Shown piece by piece: positions 10,473-20,857 of a stretch of 64,000 nt of DNA (position 1 is the stretch's first letter; each line of letters opens with the position of its first letter). The position numbers and the translations under genes were made by a program. Origin of the DNA: Barnesiella sp. (GTDB lineage: Bacteria; Bacteroidota; Bacteroidia; Bacteroidales; Barnesiellaceae_A); assembly GCA_045645425.1 (NCBI GenBank), contig JAZRIS010000017.1:1573-65572 (forward strand), in the 5' to 3' direction. Under the pieces are notes generated by a model. The model searched no databases and was not told where the DNA came from. It saw only the letters and a list, made by a program, of their open reading frames with translations.

Positions 10473-11219
10473 TTACGCACGTCGCCAGAGGCGTGCCCAA
10501 GCATAACGGAAAGCAAACCCTATGTGTCGCAACATGGTAGGCAACGTTCCGTAATGATGGCACATCACCGCATATCGCTCTTTGAGTGAGGCTCGATGAT
10601 GCCTTGTTGTTTCGCCCTCATTGAGGTAATCTATAAGTGTAAGATGCGTATTGAGCAACTCATGGGTCTGCTTCATACAGCGTATGCACCAATCCACATC
10701 GGCCGAATAGCGATATTGCAAGTCGTACAATGGGGCAATATCCCGTCGGGCAATAAAGGCTTGATGACACACCAACATACCTTGGGCAAAACTGCGCCAT
10801 GTGAGGGTTTCGGGCGCACGCAAGCGACGCATCATGATGAAGTTTCGCTCGGCATCGACAATAGCCGTTTCGCCATACACTACTCCCGGACGGTCGGCAC
10901 CTATTATATCGGCCACACGTTGCAGCGTATCGGGTGCATGAAAGGCATCACCCGCATTGAGAAATATGAGATACTCGCCCACAGCCATTTTCACACCCTT
11001 ATTCATCGCATCATACAATCCTTTGTCGGGCTCACTCAACACACGAGCATCGAGCGACGAAGCCTCAACAAGAGCCAATGTTGCATCGGTTGAAGCGCCA
11101 TCAACTACAATATATTCGTAATTGGTATATGTCTGTTGCTCGACACTGCGCAAGGTAGGAGGCAATGTCGCGGCGGCATTGTAGGTGATGGTAATGATAG
11201 AAAAGAGTGGTTGTGCCAT
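10473..11219 (-). CDS. Glycosyltransferase family 2 (WcaE-like)
   Basis: FSIITITYN, VVDGASTD, SEPDKGLYDAMNKG, FLNAGD, HQAF. Confidence 0.9.
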   Translation of the reverse strand: MAQPLFSIITITYNAAATLPPTLRSVEQQTYTNYEYIVVDGASTDATLALVEASSLDARVLSEPDKGLYDAMNKGVKMAVGEYLIFLNAGDAFHAPDTLQRVADIIGADRPGVVYGETAIVDAERNFIMMRRLRAPETLTWRSFAQGMLVCHQAFIARRDIAPLYDLQYRYSADVDWCIRCMKQTHELLNTHLTLIDYLNEGETTRHHRASLKERYAVMCHHYGTLPTMLRHIGFAFRYAWARLWRRA

Positions 11220-11288
11220 AACTATATGATTATGGATGTAAAGATAATGAAAGCGGGCGAAATAAGCAGTGTGAAAAAGAGAAATTCT

Positions 11289-12017
11289 CTACTCGAAATA
11301 GAACGAGAGGATAATCATACTCGATACCATCTTCTTTATTGAGTTGGTATATTTTATATCGGTAGGCTCGGGAAATTCCCTGTTACGGTCGAGCACATCG
11401 GTGAGTCCTATACAAAATTTCACTTCAGGAATAAACTTGAAATAGGGCATATAGGTATCACAGCCAAAGGCAAATGTAAGATAACAATCGAGTTTGTTCA
11501 TCTTCAACAGAAGCTCTTCTTCCTTGGCGACATCGAGCGTACCCATCAATCCGGCTGAGATATAGGGTCGAATATTGTCCCAACGCTTGGCACTGAACTT
11601 GAGGTCGAGAGGCAATACAACATAGTTCGATTTGATATTTTGTGTCTGCATGTCACCCGTATTATACTCACGGAACTTCACCACTTTGTTTCCAAAGAAT
11701 ATACCCGGAGAGAGGCGCAGATTGAGATGCGGGCACAGATAGAGGTCGGCCATAAGGTTTACACAAAATCCGGGCGAGAAAGAGGGTACTTCCATATACC
11801 ACGATTGACCCTCGGGAGTTACATAACCATTGTGTGTAAATGTGAGGTCCTGTACATGTGTTCCTACCGAAAATCCGAAGTGTATCAACTTGTTATCGAC
11901 AAACGGCAAGTTCTGCAACTTGCGACCACGGCCACCGGGCTGTGCAATAGCACAACAGCAACTTGCAGCCATCAAGACAATAGCCAATAACACTTTTATA
12001 TGTACACTTCTTACCAT
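11289..12017 (-). CDS. porT: Type IX secretion outer-membrane beta-barrel PorT
   Basis: QNLPFVD.K.IHFGF.VG.HVQD N-terminus, PLDLKFSAKR..N.RPY, YFKFIPE.KF, C-terminal SFYFE. Confidence 0.8.
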   Translation of the reverse strand: MVRSVHIKVLLAIVLMAASCCCAIAQPGGRGRKLQNLPFVDNKLIHFGFSVGTHVQDLTFTHNGYVTPEGQSWYMEVPSFSPGFCVNLMADLYLCPHLNLRLSPGIFFGNKVVKFREYNTGDMQTQNIKSNYVVLPLDLKFSAKRWDNIRPYISAGLMGTLDVAKEEELLLKMNKLDCYLTFAFGCDTYMPYFKFIPEVKFCIGLTDVLDRNREFPEPTDIKYTNSIKKMVSSMIILSFYFE

Positions 12018-12078
12018 AACTAAGCTATAAACGGCAAATTCTGCGCTTTATTGTCTTTACCTCACAATATTTCATTGC

Positions 12079-12117
12079 AAAAATCCCCATTGCCACGTTA
12101 GGTGTGACAATGGGGAT
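12079..12117 (-). terminator. Intrinsic terminator after the M6 protease gene
   Basis: ATCCCCATTG...CAATGGGGAT hairpin with an adjacent A-run (U-tract on the minus strand). Confidence 0.7.
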
Positions 12118-12139
12118 ATAAGGAATTTTATCGTTCTAT

Positions 12140-15100
12140 TTAGCGTTCATTTACAACCACTTTGCGCACGATGTCGCCTTGCTTCATGATGTAGATACCA
12201 CTTGTAGGATGCTCGACACGGCGACCGCTGAGGTCGTAATACTCAACAGGTGCATCGCTATTGTCACCCACTACATCCTCTACATCGGTAAGATTGTCGG
12301 CAACACGCAGTACGATTTGTTGCGGGCGTGTAACAGTGCCTCTATCCTCTATATACATAAACCAGCGGAATGCTCCTAACGAAGGACCATTGCTATCGGG
12401 TACCGAGAGCATATTGTCATGCAAAGTATATACACCGTATTCATTCAACATATCGCCCGTCATTGTGCCATAAATACCTGCAAAGTAATAACGGTGCATC
12501 ATCGATGAGCAATCGTATGTATTCTCTTCGGTAGGATATAGAATAGCATCCTCTACAACAACCTCCTTCTCGCCGGGAGTGATAGCTCGTACTATATAGG
12601 GATAGTTGGCGCGCAAGATACCATCTTTTACCTTGATGGCTTCCAACTCGGTGATATCCACAACTCCGTTATTGTCATTATCATATTGGTGTACATTGTT
12701 GAGGTATGCCACTTCAAATTCCGTTGCAAGTGTTTCGTAAGCAACTTCAAACGGCACATACCATGTTTGCCAATCGGTGTTGTCAAAGTTGCGTACATAG
12801 GTCAATTCATCATATAACGTTTCATCGGTATTGGTATATTGTGCAACATCATCATAGATTACGACGGTGTGTTTGTCGGTAGTCGTTTTGGTAAATACAA
12901 CTCTAATAATGGCCTGATACCACCACTCGTTGGCGTTGATATTGCCAACACCCAAGATGCAATCATCGGCAAATGTAATCTCGACACCCTCGTTAGCTCT
13001 ATGTATATACATAGTAAGGTCGCCCGATATGTCCTTAGTTTCGCCATCGGTCGTTGTTGCAATAATCATTCTAAAGTCGGAATCTTCATACAAGACTTGT
13101 CCCAATGGCATAGTGAGGGTTGCATCCTCCTCATTATATATGGCATAGACAGGATTGATATACTCGACAGGAAGGCCTCCAAACATACAGACAGGATGTA
13201 TCCACACTTTATCGGCCATCTCTTCATCCAACGTGATATTTACCGCCCACTCCTCATTGGGATAACCTGAAAAGGCACTTTCGGCAAAGGCATCATACGC
13301 ACCGGCGAGGAAAGTGGGAGCTTCTTGCTGCGGGTCATCTCCGGAATTACTATGCGGCTTTGTAAAGCTGAGATTGAATAGTGCTTGATACCACCAACCA
13401 TCTTCATCATTTAAGTCACCTGCGCCCAAGAAATCGATGGTGAATGTAAGGTTATCATCGCTTATATAATAAGGTACAACTATCTCTCCCGAAATAAGAG
13501 GTTGGGAATTATTATCTAACGATGCTACAACAATATTATAATATTCGCGAGGTCCACCATAGAGATTCTGACCCAAAGGAAGTGTCAAGGTACTGTTAGC
13601 TTCATCGACATAGGCATATACAGGAGAAATCTCATCGGCATCCAAGCCACCAAATGGAGCTATGATAGGCTGTATCCACACCTTATCGGCATCATAAGCA
13701 TCTTGTGTAATAGCCACTCTCCACTCCTCATCGGGATAACCCTCATAAGCACTATTGGCATACGCACTATATGTACCGACAAGAGGCGATACCGCTTCGC
13801 CCGGATTATCCGAAGAACGATTGATTGTCACATTATGTATGTAGTCGTAGAGATATGCACCTCCGTCGTAGGAATAGAAGAGGACAAGTTGCGTACCATC
13901 AAAGACAAGCTCGTCCTCGGAGTAGGCTACAAAGGTAGGGTGCAAAATCGAGTTACCTGAGATGTCGGCAAGATAGAGATCTACAACGACTAAATTATCA
14001 TCTGTATCATACATGTATGCCTTACCAACAGAGGCATAATAGTAATAATCGGGATTTTGAAGATCTATAAACTGCAATACCTCCACCTGACTGCCCGACT
14101 CTGTAGAAGTAGTATATGTGATAGCTCGTGCAGCGTGCAACTCATCACAGATAGCATTACCATCGAACAAGCCCGATATAGACCATTGTGTACCCACCAT
14201 ACCATCTGCACCGCTAAAGATATCGGAAAGGGGGAATTGCTCACCGGCAGCAAATGTAGTTTCGGATGCAAATATTTCAGTACCTCTTGAATCAAACTCA
14301 TACGACCAAGTATATTTGCCGGGTGTGATAAACGTATAATCACCACTATCACCGTTGCCGGCATCTTGCATAAAGTCAAATGTTGTCACACCATTAGTGA
14401 AAGCAATATTGGTAATAGGCTTGTTTTTAATAGTGGTATTGTACACCTTCATCATGGGTGACGAGGTTGATGTAAGTGATGTATTGCCTTTGTAGGGATA
14501 TAAATCGCCGTACAAGTCATCATTGCTCCAATTATCATCGGCAGGAATAAGTCTAAATCGTTGGCGCATGGGGTCGTCATTAGGTCCGTTTATGTTCCAC
14601 GCATATTGGTCATAATCTACTGCTATTACCATCATACCCTCAGCCGGCAGATAGGTATCCCAACCCTCGCGGCAACGGGTTTCGAGCGTAATATATTGGT
14701 TCTTGTCGGCCGATGTTATCTTATAGGCGGCAGTCTTATCACTATTCAAATAGGGCATTGTGATAGAGCATTGTGAGGTAAGCTCATTAAAATCTAACCA
14801 ACCGCAGAAAGCACGTTCATAAGCATTGTATCCTACGGGAACATAGCCATTACCGGCATAACATCCGCTATCCATAAGGCTCCACCAACTCATACCCATA
14901 GCACCCGAATAGTCAATATCATACCAATCGGGCAAGCCAAGTGTGTGACTATATTCGTGGCAAAATGAGCCTATACCATCGGGCTGTGCACCGGAATTAC
15001 CACAAAACTCCGATGAACATGCATAGGCATCAAGTTGTACGCCATCTACTTCTACTGTACGACCGGCTCCGCGATAGATATACCAAGCATGAGGCCAGAT

Positions 15101-15925
15101 AGTTTCGGCAGGTGCACCACTACTCTCGGGATAACCGGCATAAATTACATATACAAGATCTACCCAACCATCACCGTTAGAGTCATAATCCGACATATCT
15201 ACCAATCCTTGTTGGCTGGCCAACTCACAGGCTTCCGATACCATCACATCGGGACGTACATCACGACCTTGATCTTCATTACCTCCATAATAGGCCATAT
15301 TTTGGCTCAACGTAACAGGGCCTACCACATTAAACTCGGGTTGGAATTGTCCGTAACTTTGTGCAATGAAATAATCGCGAGCCGAACCTATCGAGCCATA
15401 CTCATCGGTAAAGCCTTCCTTGTTCATCCTGTCATCAACATCGCTTTGCGATATTGTAAATTTCTGATCTTGAAATTCAGCCAAGACTATAATACCTTTT
15501 ACCACGCCATTTCCGGCAGCCGCCTTCTTGGCAACACGGCGCATAGAGGGCTCTTCACCTTGCAGGTCGATAGTTCTCTCGGTCTTATTGATTTTATACA
15601 ACTCTTTGTGACGAGCCATTATCATCGGTTTATCATCCGACATAGATGGATAGGCAGTGCCCACAATCTTGTCACTCGCCACAATCCGGTTGTGCGCATC
15701 GAGGGTCGTATAACGATAGTAACCATCCTCGCACAATGTCACAGGGATGCCATCTTCGGTAGTATAATAGTGATAATACTCATCTCCACACACTTTCAGT
15801 ACCAAAGAAGTACCATCGGGCTGCGTTACCGTAAATGCCAACGGATTGGCAGGAAGTGCTGATGCACCGACACAACACAATAGACATGCTACCATGAAGG
15901 TCATTCTGTGTAAAGTTCTTTTCAT
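12140..15925 (-). CDS. M6 (immune inhibitor A-type) metalloprotease, multidomain, with T9SS-type C-terminal domain
   Basis: Signal peptide, QPDG..GDE prodomain, GSARDYF..QSYG, IWPH, zinc motif CHEYSHTLGLPDWY, WSLMD.G. C-terminus VEYYDLSGRRV..P..GIYI...RKVVV. Confidence 0.9.
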   Translation of the reverse strand: MKRTLHRMTFMVACLLCCVGASALPANPLAFTVTQPDGTSLVLKVCGDEYYHYYTTEDGIPVTLCEDGYYRYTTLDAHNRIVASDKIVGTAYPSMSDDKPMIMARHKELYKINKTERTIDLQGEEPSMRRVAKKAAAGNGVVKGIIVLAEFQDQKFTISQSDVDDRMNKEGFTDEYGSIGSARDYFIAQSYGQFQPEFNVVGPVTLSQNMAYYGGNEDQGRDVRPDVMVSEACELASQQGLVDMSDYDSNGDGWVDLVYVIYAGYPESSGAPAETIWPHAWYIYRGAGRTVEVDGVQLDAYACSSEFCGNSGAQPDGIGSFCHEYSHTLGLPDWYDIDYSGAMGMSWWSLMDSGCYAGNGYVPVGYNAYERAFCGWLDFNELTSQCSITMPYLNSDKTAAYKITSADKNQYITLETRCREGWDTYLPAEGMMVIAVDYDQYAWNINGPNDDPMRQRFRLIPADDNWSNDDLYGDLYPYKGNTSLTSTSSPMMKVYNTTIKNKPITNIAFTNGVTTFDFMQDAGNGDSGDYTFITPGKYTWSYEFDSRGTEIFASETTFAAGEQFPLSDIFSGADGMVGTQWSISGLFDGNAICDELHAARAITYTTSTESGSQVEVLQFIDLQNPDYYYYASVGKAYMYDTDDNLVVVDLYLADISGNSILHPTFVAYSEDELVFDGTQLVLFYSYDGGAYLYDYIHNVTINRSSDNPGEAVSPLVGTYSAYANSAYEGYPDEEWRVAITQDAYDADKVWIQPIIAPFGGLDADEISPVYAYVDEANSTLTLPLGQNLYGGPREYYNIVVASLDNNSQPLISGEIVVPYYISDDNLTFTIDFLGAGDLNDEDGWWYQALFNLSFTKPHSNSGDDPQQEAPTFLAGAYDAFAESAFSGYPNEEWAVNITLDEEMADKVWIHPVCMFGGLPVEYINPVYAIYNEEDATLTMPLGQVLYEDSDFRMIIATTTDGETKDISGDLTMYIHRANEGVEITFADDCILGVGNINANEWWYQAIIRVVFTKTTTDKHTVVIYDDVAQYTNTDETLYDELTYVRNFDNTDWQTWYVPFEVAYETLATEFEVAYLNNVHQYDNDNNGVVDITELEAIKVKDGILRANYPYIVRAITPGEKEVVVEDAILYPTEENTYDCSSMMHRYYFAGIYGTMTGDMLNEYGVYTLHDNMLSVPDSNGPSLGAFRWFMYIEDRGTVTRPQQIVLRVADNLTDVEDVVGDNSDAPVEYYDLSGRRVEHPTSGIYIMKQGDIVRKVVVNER

Positions 15926-15964
15926 TTTTCTTGGTATTTAGATAAAGATTAATTGCACTTATTG

Positions 15965-17062
15965 TTACTCGCCTTTGTGGCTGAAATAGTAGTCCAATAC
16001 GTCATGTGCCGCAGTAAATGAGCTCTGCATATTGGTGAGTATGCGATGCTCTTTCTCGTCGAGCATTTCTCGTATGGTAGCATCGTTGTAGAAATGATTG
16101 CGCAATTTCTCGTCGATAGTTTCGTACATCCAATACTTGGCTTGCTCCTGACGCTTGTGCTCAAAGTAGCCATTCTTATGCACAAAGTCGAGGTACTCAT
16201 ATATCATATCCCACACCTCGGCAATACCCAACTCGTAATAACCCGAGTAGGTGAGCACTTTGGGCGACCACCCCGACGGGGGCAAGGGAAAGAGGTGCAA
16301 CGCATTGCGAAATTGTGCCTGAGCCAACTTGGCTCGCTCGATGTTGTTTCCATCGGCTTTGTTGATGACAATACCATCGGCCATCTCCATGATACCACGC
16401 TTGATACCTTGCAACTCATCGCCCGTTCCGGCAAGTTGTATCAAGAGGAAGAAATCGACCATCGAGTGAACGGCAGTTTCACTCTGACCAACGCCCACGG
16501 TTTCTACAAAGATATTGTTAAATCCGGCCGCCTCGCAAAGAACAATCGTTTCGCGCGTCTTTCGAGCCACACCGCCCAACGAGCCTGCCGAGGGGCTGGG
16601 ACGTATAAAGGCATCGGGGTGTACCGACAATTTCTCCATACGGGTCTTATCACCGAGGATACTACCCTTTGAACGCTCACTGCTGGGGTCGATGGCAAGA
16701 ACAGCCAATTTGTTGCCGGGATTTTTCAGCACATGCAGACCAAAGGCATCAATAGAGGTACTCTTGCCGGCACCCGGCACTCCGGTAATACCTATTCTCA
16801 CCGACTTGCATGTGTGTGGCAAGCATTTCTCTATAACCTCTTGTGCCAATGTGCGATGCTCATAAAGATTACTTTCGACCAACGTAACTGCTTGGCTCAA
16901 GAGCGACATATCGCCTTTGAGTATTCCTTCTACATACTCGCCGGCAGTATATAACTTGCGACGAACACGTTTCTTGAGATAGGGATTTATCGAGGGTGGT
17001 TGTTCTATTCCTTTATTTACCGTAAGACCGGCATACAATTCATCATTCTCAGGATGTTCCAT
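15965..17062 (-). CDS. meaB: Methylmalonyl-CoA mutase-associated GTPase MeaB
   Basis: GITGVPGAGKST, AIDPSS, GSILGDKTRM, ETVGVGQSE, GDELQGIKRG, NKAD. Confidence 0.93.
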   Translation of the reverse strand: MEHPENDELYAGLTVNKGIEQPPSINPYLKKRVRRKLYTAGEYVEGILKGDMSLLSQAVTLVESNLYEHRTLAQEVIEKCLPHTCKSVRIGITGVPGAGKSTSIDAFGLHVLKNPGNKLAVLAIDPSSERSKGSILGDKTRMEKLSVHPDAFIRPSPSAGSLGGVARKTRETIVLCEAAGFNNIFVETVGVGQSETAVHSMVDFFLLIQLAGTGDELQGIKRGIMEMADGIVINKADGNNIERAKLAQAQFRNALHLFPLPPSGWSPKVLTYSGYYELGIAEVWDMIYEYLDFVHKNGYFEHKRQEQAKYWMYETIDEKLRNHFYNDATIREMLDEKEHRILTNMQSSFTAAHDVLDYYFSHKGE

Positions 17063-17098
17063 AGTGTATGTTTTTGAGTGTATTACTTTCTATATTTA

Positions 17099-18193
17099 TC
17101 ATCGCAACTCGGCTGTTACGCGTATGGCCTGTGTCGAGTTGGTGGGATCGTTGCTCACAATAAACAGGTCGCTCAACAACGTATTGGAACGAGCTCGCAT
17201 GGGATCCAATTCTATAACCATGACAGTCGATTGACCGGGCTTTATTGTTTTTTTCTTCACTTGTGCCGTTATCACATCACCATCGGTGCGCACCTTGTGT
17301 ATAGTCAATGGCGTATGTCCCGCATTGAATATATATATTTCTCGGCGTACTTTTTGAGTACCTTCTACAACCTTGAAATCGACATTGGGACGTCCCACCA
17401 CCAATATAGGAGCATTCTCGCGTTGCTCGGGGGTGTAACTGTCAAAGTCCTCTTGCAACACACCCGACACAGTGATTGTGTTATAACCCGCATCTGACGA
17501 GGGTGTATTGGCTGTGGCTACACCCATGAGGTTAAACTCATCGCGACGATAACCCCAATCGTCAATGGCATCGGCATTATAGGCAATGTGCATCATGCCC
17601 GACTCGCCTTTGTGCAGGGTATCGGGGTGGAACGAAACGGCAATGTGTGCAGGCACATTCTCGGCACGCGGCACAAGCAACTCGCTACCTACATTGACAA
17701 TAGCCATACTATCCTCTACAACTCTACCTTTGACAATCTTGGAGAGCGAGAAATGCAACGACTTGAGCGCCACATCGCCAATGCGATAGGCATATTGCAT
17801 GTCCGACACTTCGCCTTCTTGCACCACCTTGCCAATAATACGCAGGATAGTACGCTCGGGAACAGTATTGCTATATACATAGATGGGCTTGCTGAAATCG
17901 CCGGGACGACCCGCCGGGTTGAATGTAATCTTGATTGAACCTTGCTCGTTGGGAGCTATGGGCTCTTCCGAATATTCGGGTACGGTGCAACCACATGAAG
18001 TGCGCACTCGCGAGATTATCAATGGCTCATTTCCTGTGTTACGAAACACAAAGTTGTGTGTTACAGGGCCTAATTGTTCTTGTATAGTGCCGAAATCATA
18101 TCGTTGTTGCTCAAATATTATTACCGCTTGCGATGCCGCATATTGCACACTCATCACAAACATTACAATCAATATTGAAAATATCCTATTCAT
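17099..18193 (-). CDS. DUF1573 domain protein (multiple Ig-like domains)
   Basis: YDFG.I, F.NTG..PL.I..V.TSCGCT, PI.P, SNDP. Confidence 0.85.
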   Translation of the reverse strand: MNRIFSILIVMFVMSVQYAASQAVIIFEQQRYDFGTIQEQLGPVTHNFVFRNTGNEPLIISRVRTSCGCTVPEYSEEPIAPNEQGSIKITFNPAGRPGDFSKPIYVYSNTVPERTILRIIGKVVQEGEVSDMQYAYRIGDVALKSLHFSLSKIVKGRVVEDSMAIVNVGSELLVPRAENVPAHIAVSFHPDTLHKGESGMMHIAYNADAIDDWGYRRDEFNLMGVATANTPSSDAGYNTITVSGVLQEDFDSYTPEQRENAPILVVGRPNVDFKVVEGTQKVRREIYIFNAGHTPLTIHKVRTDGDVITAQVKKKTIKPGQSTVMVIELDPMRARSNTLLSDLFIVSNDPTNSTQAIRVTAELR

Positions 18194-18198
18194 ATCAC

Positions 18199-18588
18199 TT
18201 ATTGTTGAGGAATAACTACACCTTTGATACGCAAGCGACTTTTTTTCTTCTTGGCATTGGTCTTGACAACAATTTCTTTGGCAAACTCGCCCGGATTGCC
18301 TTTGGGGTCAAAAACAATAGATATTACCCCCTGCATGCCGGGAGCAATAGGTGCTTCGGGGAAATTGGCAACAGTGCATCCACAGTTGGTGTTTACCTCC
18401 AAAATAACCAACGCAGCATCACCCTCGTTGGTAAAGACAAAATCGTGCGACACCTTGCCACCATCCTCGGCCACAGCCTCAAAATTGTGCATTGTATTGT
18501 CAAACTTTATCTTGGCACTCTCGGCACATGCAAGAGTGGGTATAAGCATCGTTGCAATAACAAGAAGTTGTAGTAGTATCTGCTTCAT
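18199..18588 (-). CDS. DUF1573 domain protein (single domain)
   Basis: F.F.NEG...LVI..V.TNCGCT...PIAPG; start at MKQILL. Confidence 0.85.
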   Translation of the reverse strand: MKQILLQLLVIATMLIPTLACAESAKIKFDNTMHNFEAVAEDGGKVSHDFVFTNEGDAALVILEVNTNCGCTVANFPEAPIAPGMQGVISIVFDPKGNPGEFAKEIVVKTNAKKKKSRLRIKGVVIPQQ

Positions 18589-18820
18589 ACAAAGTATAGT
18601 TTTAGGCAAATTTACGATTTATTTTTTATAATATGTAGTATCTGCATGAATATTTTACATTGGGGAATATTATGCTTTTTTTGTCAGCTATTCATAATGA
18701 GAATATTGAGAATATCTTGCAAAAGATTGCGTAATTTATAGATAAGAATATTGAGTATTGTCGATATTTATTCGAGGAAAAAATATATTTTTGCAAAGGT
18801 TTTCAAATTTACAATCAACT

Positions 18821-19936
18821 ATGAGTTTACAAAAAGTCCATATTGTAGCCGACAGCAAAATACCTTTTTTGCGTGGATTGCTCGAACCATATGCACAAGT
18901 CAGCTATTACGACCCTAACGAAATAACCAACTCGGTAGTTCGTGATGCCGATATTTTATTGGTAAGGACACGCACTCCTATCAACAAGCGACTGCTCAAT
19001 GGTTCTCGTTGCCGATTTGTAGGTACTGCCACCATAGGTTATGACCACATCGATACTCAATATTGCGAGGAGAATGGTATCCGCTGGCAAAACGCACCCG
19101 GATGCAATGCCGGCTCGGTAGGACAATATGTACTTGCCTCTATACTGCTATGGGCACGCTCACAAAATCGCAACATTACCGATATGACAATAGGCATCAT
19201 AGGTGTAGGTCATGTGGGTAGTATTGTTGAGCGATATTGTAGAGCTTTGGGCATGAAAATTCTTCTCAACGACCCTCCTCGTGCCGCTGTCGAAGGTGGC
19301 GAAAAATTTGTTTCGCTCGACGAGATTGCTGCACAAGCCGATATTGTAACATTCCACACACCGCTCACCATGCAAGGCGAGTATGCAACCTGTCATCTTG
19401 GCTCGGCCTCGTTTTTCGATTCGCTGCGTCGCAGTCCGCTCGTCATCAATACAGCGCGTGGTGCAGTGGTTGATAATTACGCTTTGTTGCGTGCCCTCAA
19501 TACCGAGAAGGTGGGCGATGCAGTGATGGACTGTTGGGAAGGAGAGCCCCGCCTCAATACCGCCTTGATGTTTGCCTCTTTCATAGCAACGCCCCACACC
19601 GCCGGATACTCATCGGACGGCAAGGCCAACGCTACTCGTATGATTGTTGAAGCTGTTGCCAAGGAGCTGGGTGTTACCATCGACACATCCAACATCACAC
19701 CTCCCACTCCACCCGTGAGCACTCTTGCATTGGCTCGCAACAGCGACCCTATTACCACTGCGGTATTGTCAAGCTACAACCCGCTATTTGAAACACGCAA
19801 TCTCAAACGACAACCCTACGACTTTGAGAAGTTGCGCAACTCTTATGGCATACGTCGCGAATTTCAGGCATACACCATATCGGGTGTCAAAGACAACAAC
19901 GCTACGATATTGCGAGAGTTGGGATTTAAGTTGTAA
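18821..19936 (+). CDS. pdxB: 4-phosphoerythronate dehydrogenase
   Basis: IVADSKIP, VRTRT, TATIGYDHID, NAPGCNA, GVGHVG, HTPLT, WEGEP, TPHTAGYS. Confidence 0.92.
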   Translation: MSLQKVHIVADSKIPFLRGLLEPYAQVSYYDPNEITNSVVRDADILLVRTRTPINKRLLNGSRCRFVGTATIGYDHIDTQYCEENGIRWQNAPGCNAGSVGQYVLASILLWARSQNRNITDMTIGIIGVGHVGSIVERYCRALGMKILLNDPPRAAVEGGEKFVSLDEIAAQADIVTFHTPLTMQGEYATCHLGSASFFDSLRRSPLVINTARGAVVDNYALLRALNTEKVGDAVMDCWEGEPRLNTALMFASFIATPHTAGYSSDGKANATRMIVEAVAKELGVTIDTSNITPPTPPVSTLALARNSDPITTAVLSSYNPLFETRNLKRQPYDFEKLRNSYGIRREFQAYTISGVKDNNATILRELGFKL

Positions 19937-19968
19937 TACTGCCTCTATTCACACTTCGACAAGGTTTG

Positions 19969-20568
19969 ATGCAACCCATCAACGACATATTCGACTTTAC
20001 TCAACCACAACGCGCACCTCAATCGGGCGATATATTGGTTGTTGAGCCTTTCCTCAAGGAGGCTCACTTTCGCCGTGCTGTCATATTACTTGTCGATTAC
20101 AAAGAGAGCGAAGGCAGTGTAGGCTTGGTACTCAACAGACGCAGCAACATTTCGCTCAACAGCGTCTTGCGCAATGCCTCATGCCACACCCACATACCAT
20201 TGCATGTAGGCGGGCCGGTAGAACACGGCAGGTTGCTTTATATACACACATTGGGCAATCGTTTCAGAAATGCCATTGCTCTTGAAAACGGGCTATTCAT
20301 AGGAGGCGATTTCAATGACGTATTGCAATACCTCAATAGCGATGAATATAGCGAAGAGTGCATCAAATTTTTTGCCGGATACTGCGGATGGAGTCCGGGA
20401 CAATTAGAAAGCGAAATTGGTGAAAAAACTTGGGTGATAACTACACTTGACAACACCCTTGCGGCCATGACAGCCCACGACGAGAACTATTGGCAAGATA
20501 TTGTTGCCTCGCTGGGCGAGGAGTTTCGCCCTTGGCTCCTATGTCCTTGCGAGCCACATCTCAACTAA
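19969..20568 (+). CDS. YqgE/AlgH family protein
   Basis: F.RAVIL, GLVLNR, GGPV, GY.GWSPGQLE.EI, C-terminal P.LN. Confidence 0.9.
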   Translation: MQPINDIFDFTQPQRAPQSGDILVVEPFLKEAHFRRAVILLVDYKESEGSVGLVLNRRSNISLNSVLRNASCHTHIPLHVGGPVEHGRLLYIHTLGNRFRNAIALENGLFIGGDFNDVLQYLNSDEYSEECIKFFAGYCGWSPGQLESEIGEKTWVITTLDNTLAAMTAHDENYWQDIVASLGEEFRPWLLCPCEPHLN

Positions 20569-20590
20569 CCACACCTCTATACCCGACACT

Positions 20591-20734
20591 ATGGCCGACA
20601 ATTTCTTGGAAAAACAATATGCCGAATATCAGGCACGCCAAGCCGCTCTCGCACAAGCCAAGCGCAAAGCATGGCAAAAGAAAATGAAAGAGTATCAAGC
20701 ACGCCTTGCCTCCCAAAAGAAAGAAGAGAAGTAA
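20591..20734 (+). CDS. Small basic helical protein (47 aa)
   Basis: ATG 22 nt after the yqgE stop; MADNFLEKQYAEYQARQAALAQAKRKAWQKKMKEYQARLASQKKEEK, protein-like composition. Confidence 0.6.
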   Translation: MADNFLEKQYAEYQARQAALAQAKRKAWQKKMKEYQARLASQKKEEK

Positions 20735-20742
20735 CACCCCCA

Positions 20743-20791
20743 TCTCCTATCTCCTATCTCCTCACTTCTATCTCCTATCTCCTCACTCCTA
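20743..20791. repeat. Heptamer tandem repeat (TCTCCTA-like, 7 units)
   Basis: tctccta tctccta tctcctc acttcta tctccta tctcctc actccta. Confidence 0.9.
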
Positions 20792-20799
20792 TCTGCCAT

Positions 20800-20837
20800 A
20801 AAAAATGGAGTGAACAACAATCTTGCCGTCACTCCAT
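20800..20837 (-). terminator. Intrinsic terminator for the M23 gene
   Basis: ATGGAGTG...CACTCCAT stem preceded by an A-run. Confidence 0.65.
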
Positions 20838-20857
20838 GATGAGGTATGTCATATATT

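Noticed and set aside
18610-18820. Recurring GAATAT(T) words in the DUF1573/pdxB divergent region
   Set aside because: The spacing is irregular in very AT-rich DNA, so they cannot be distinguished from chance.
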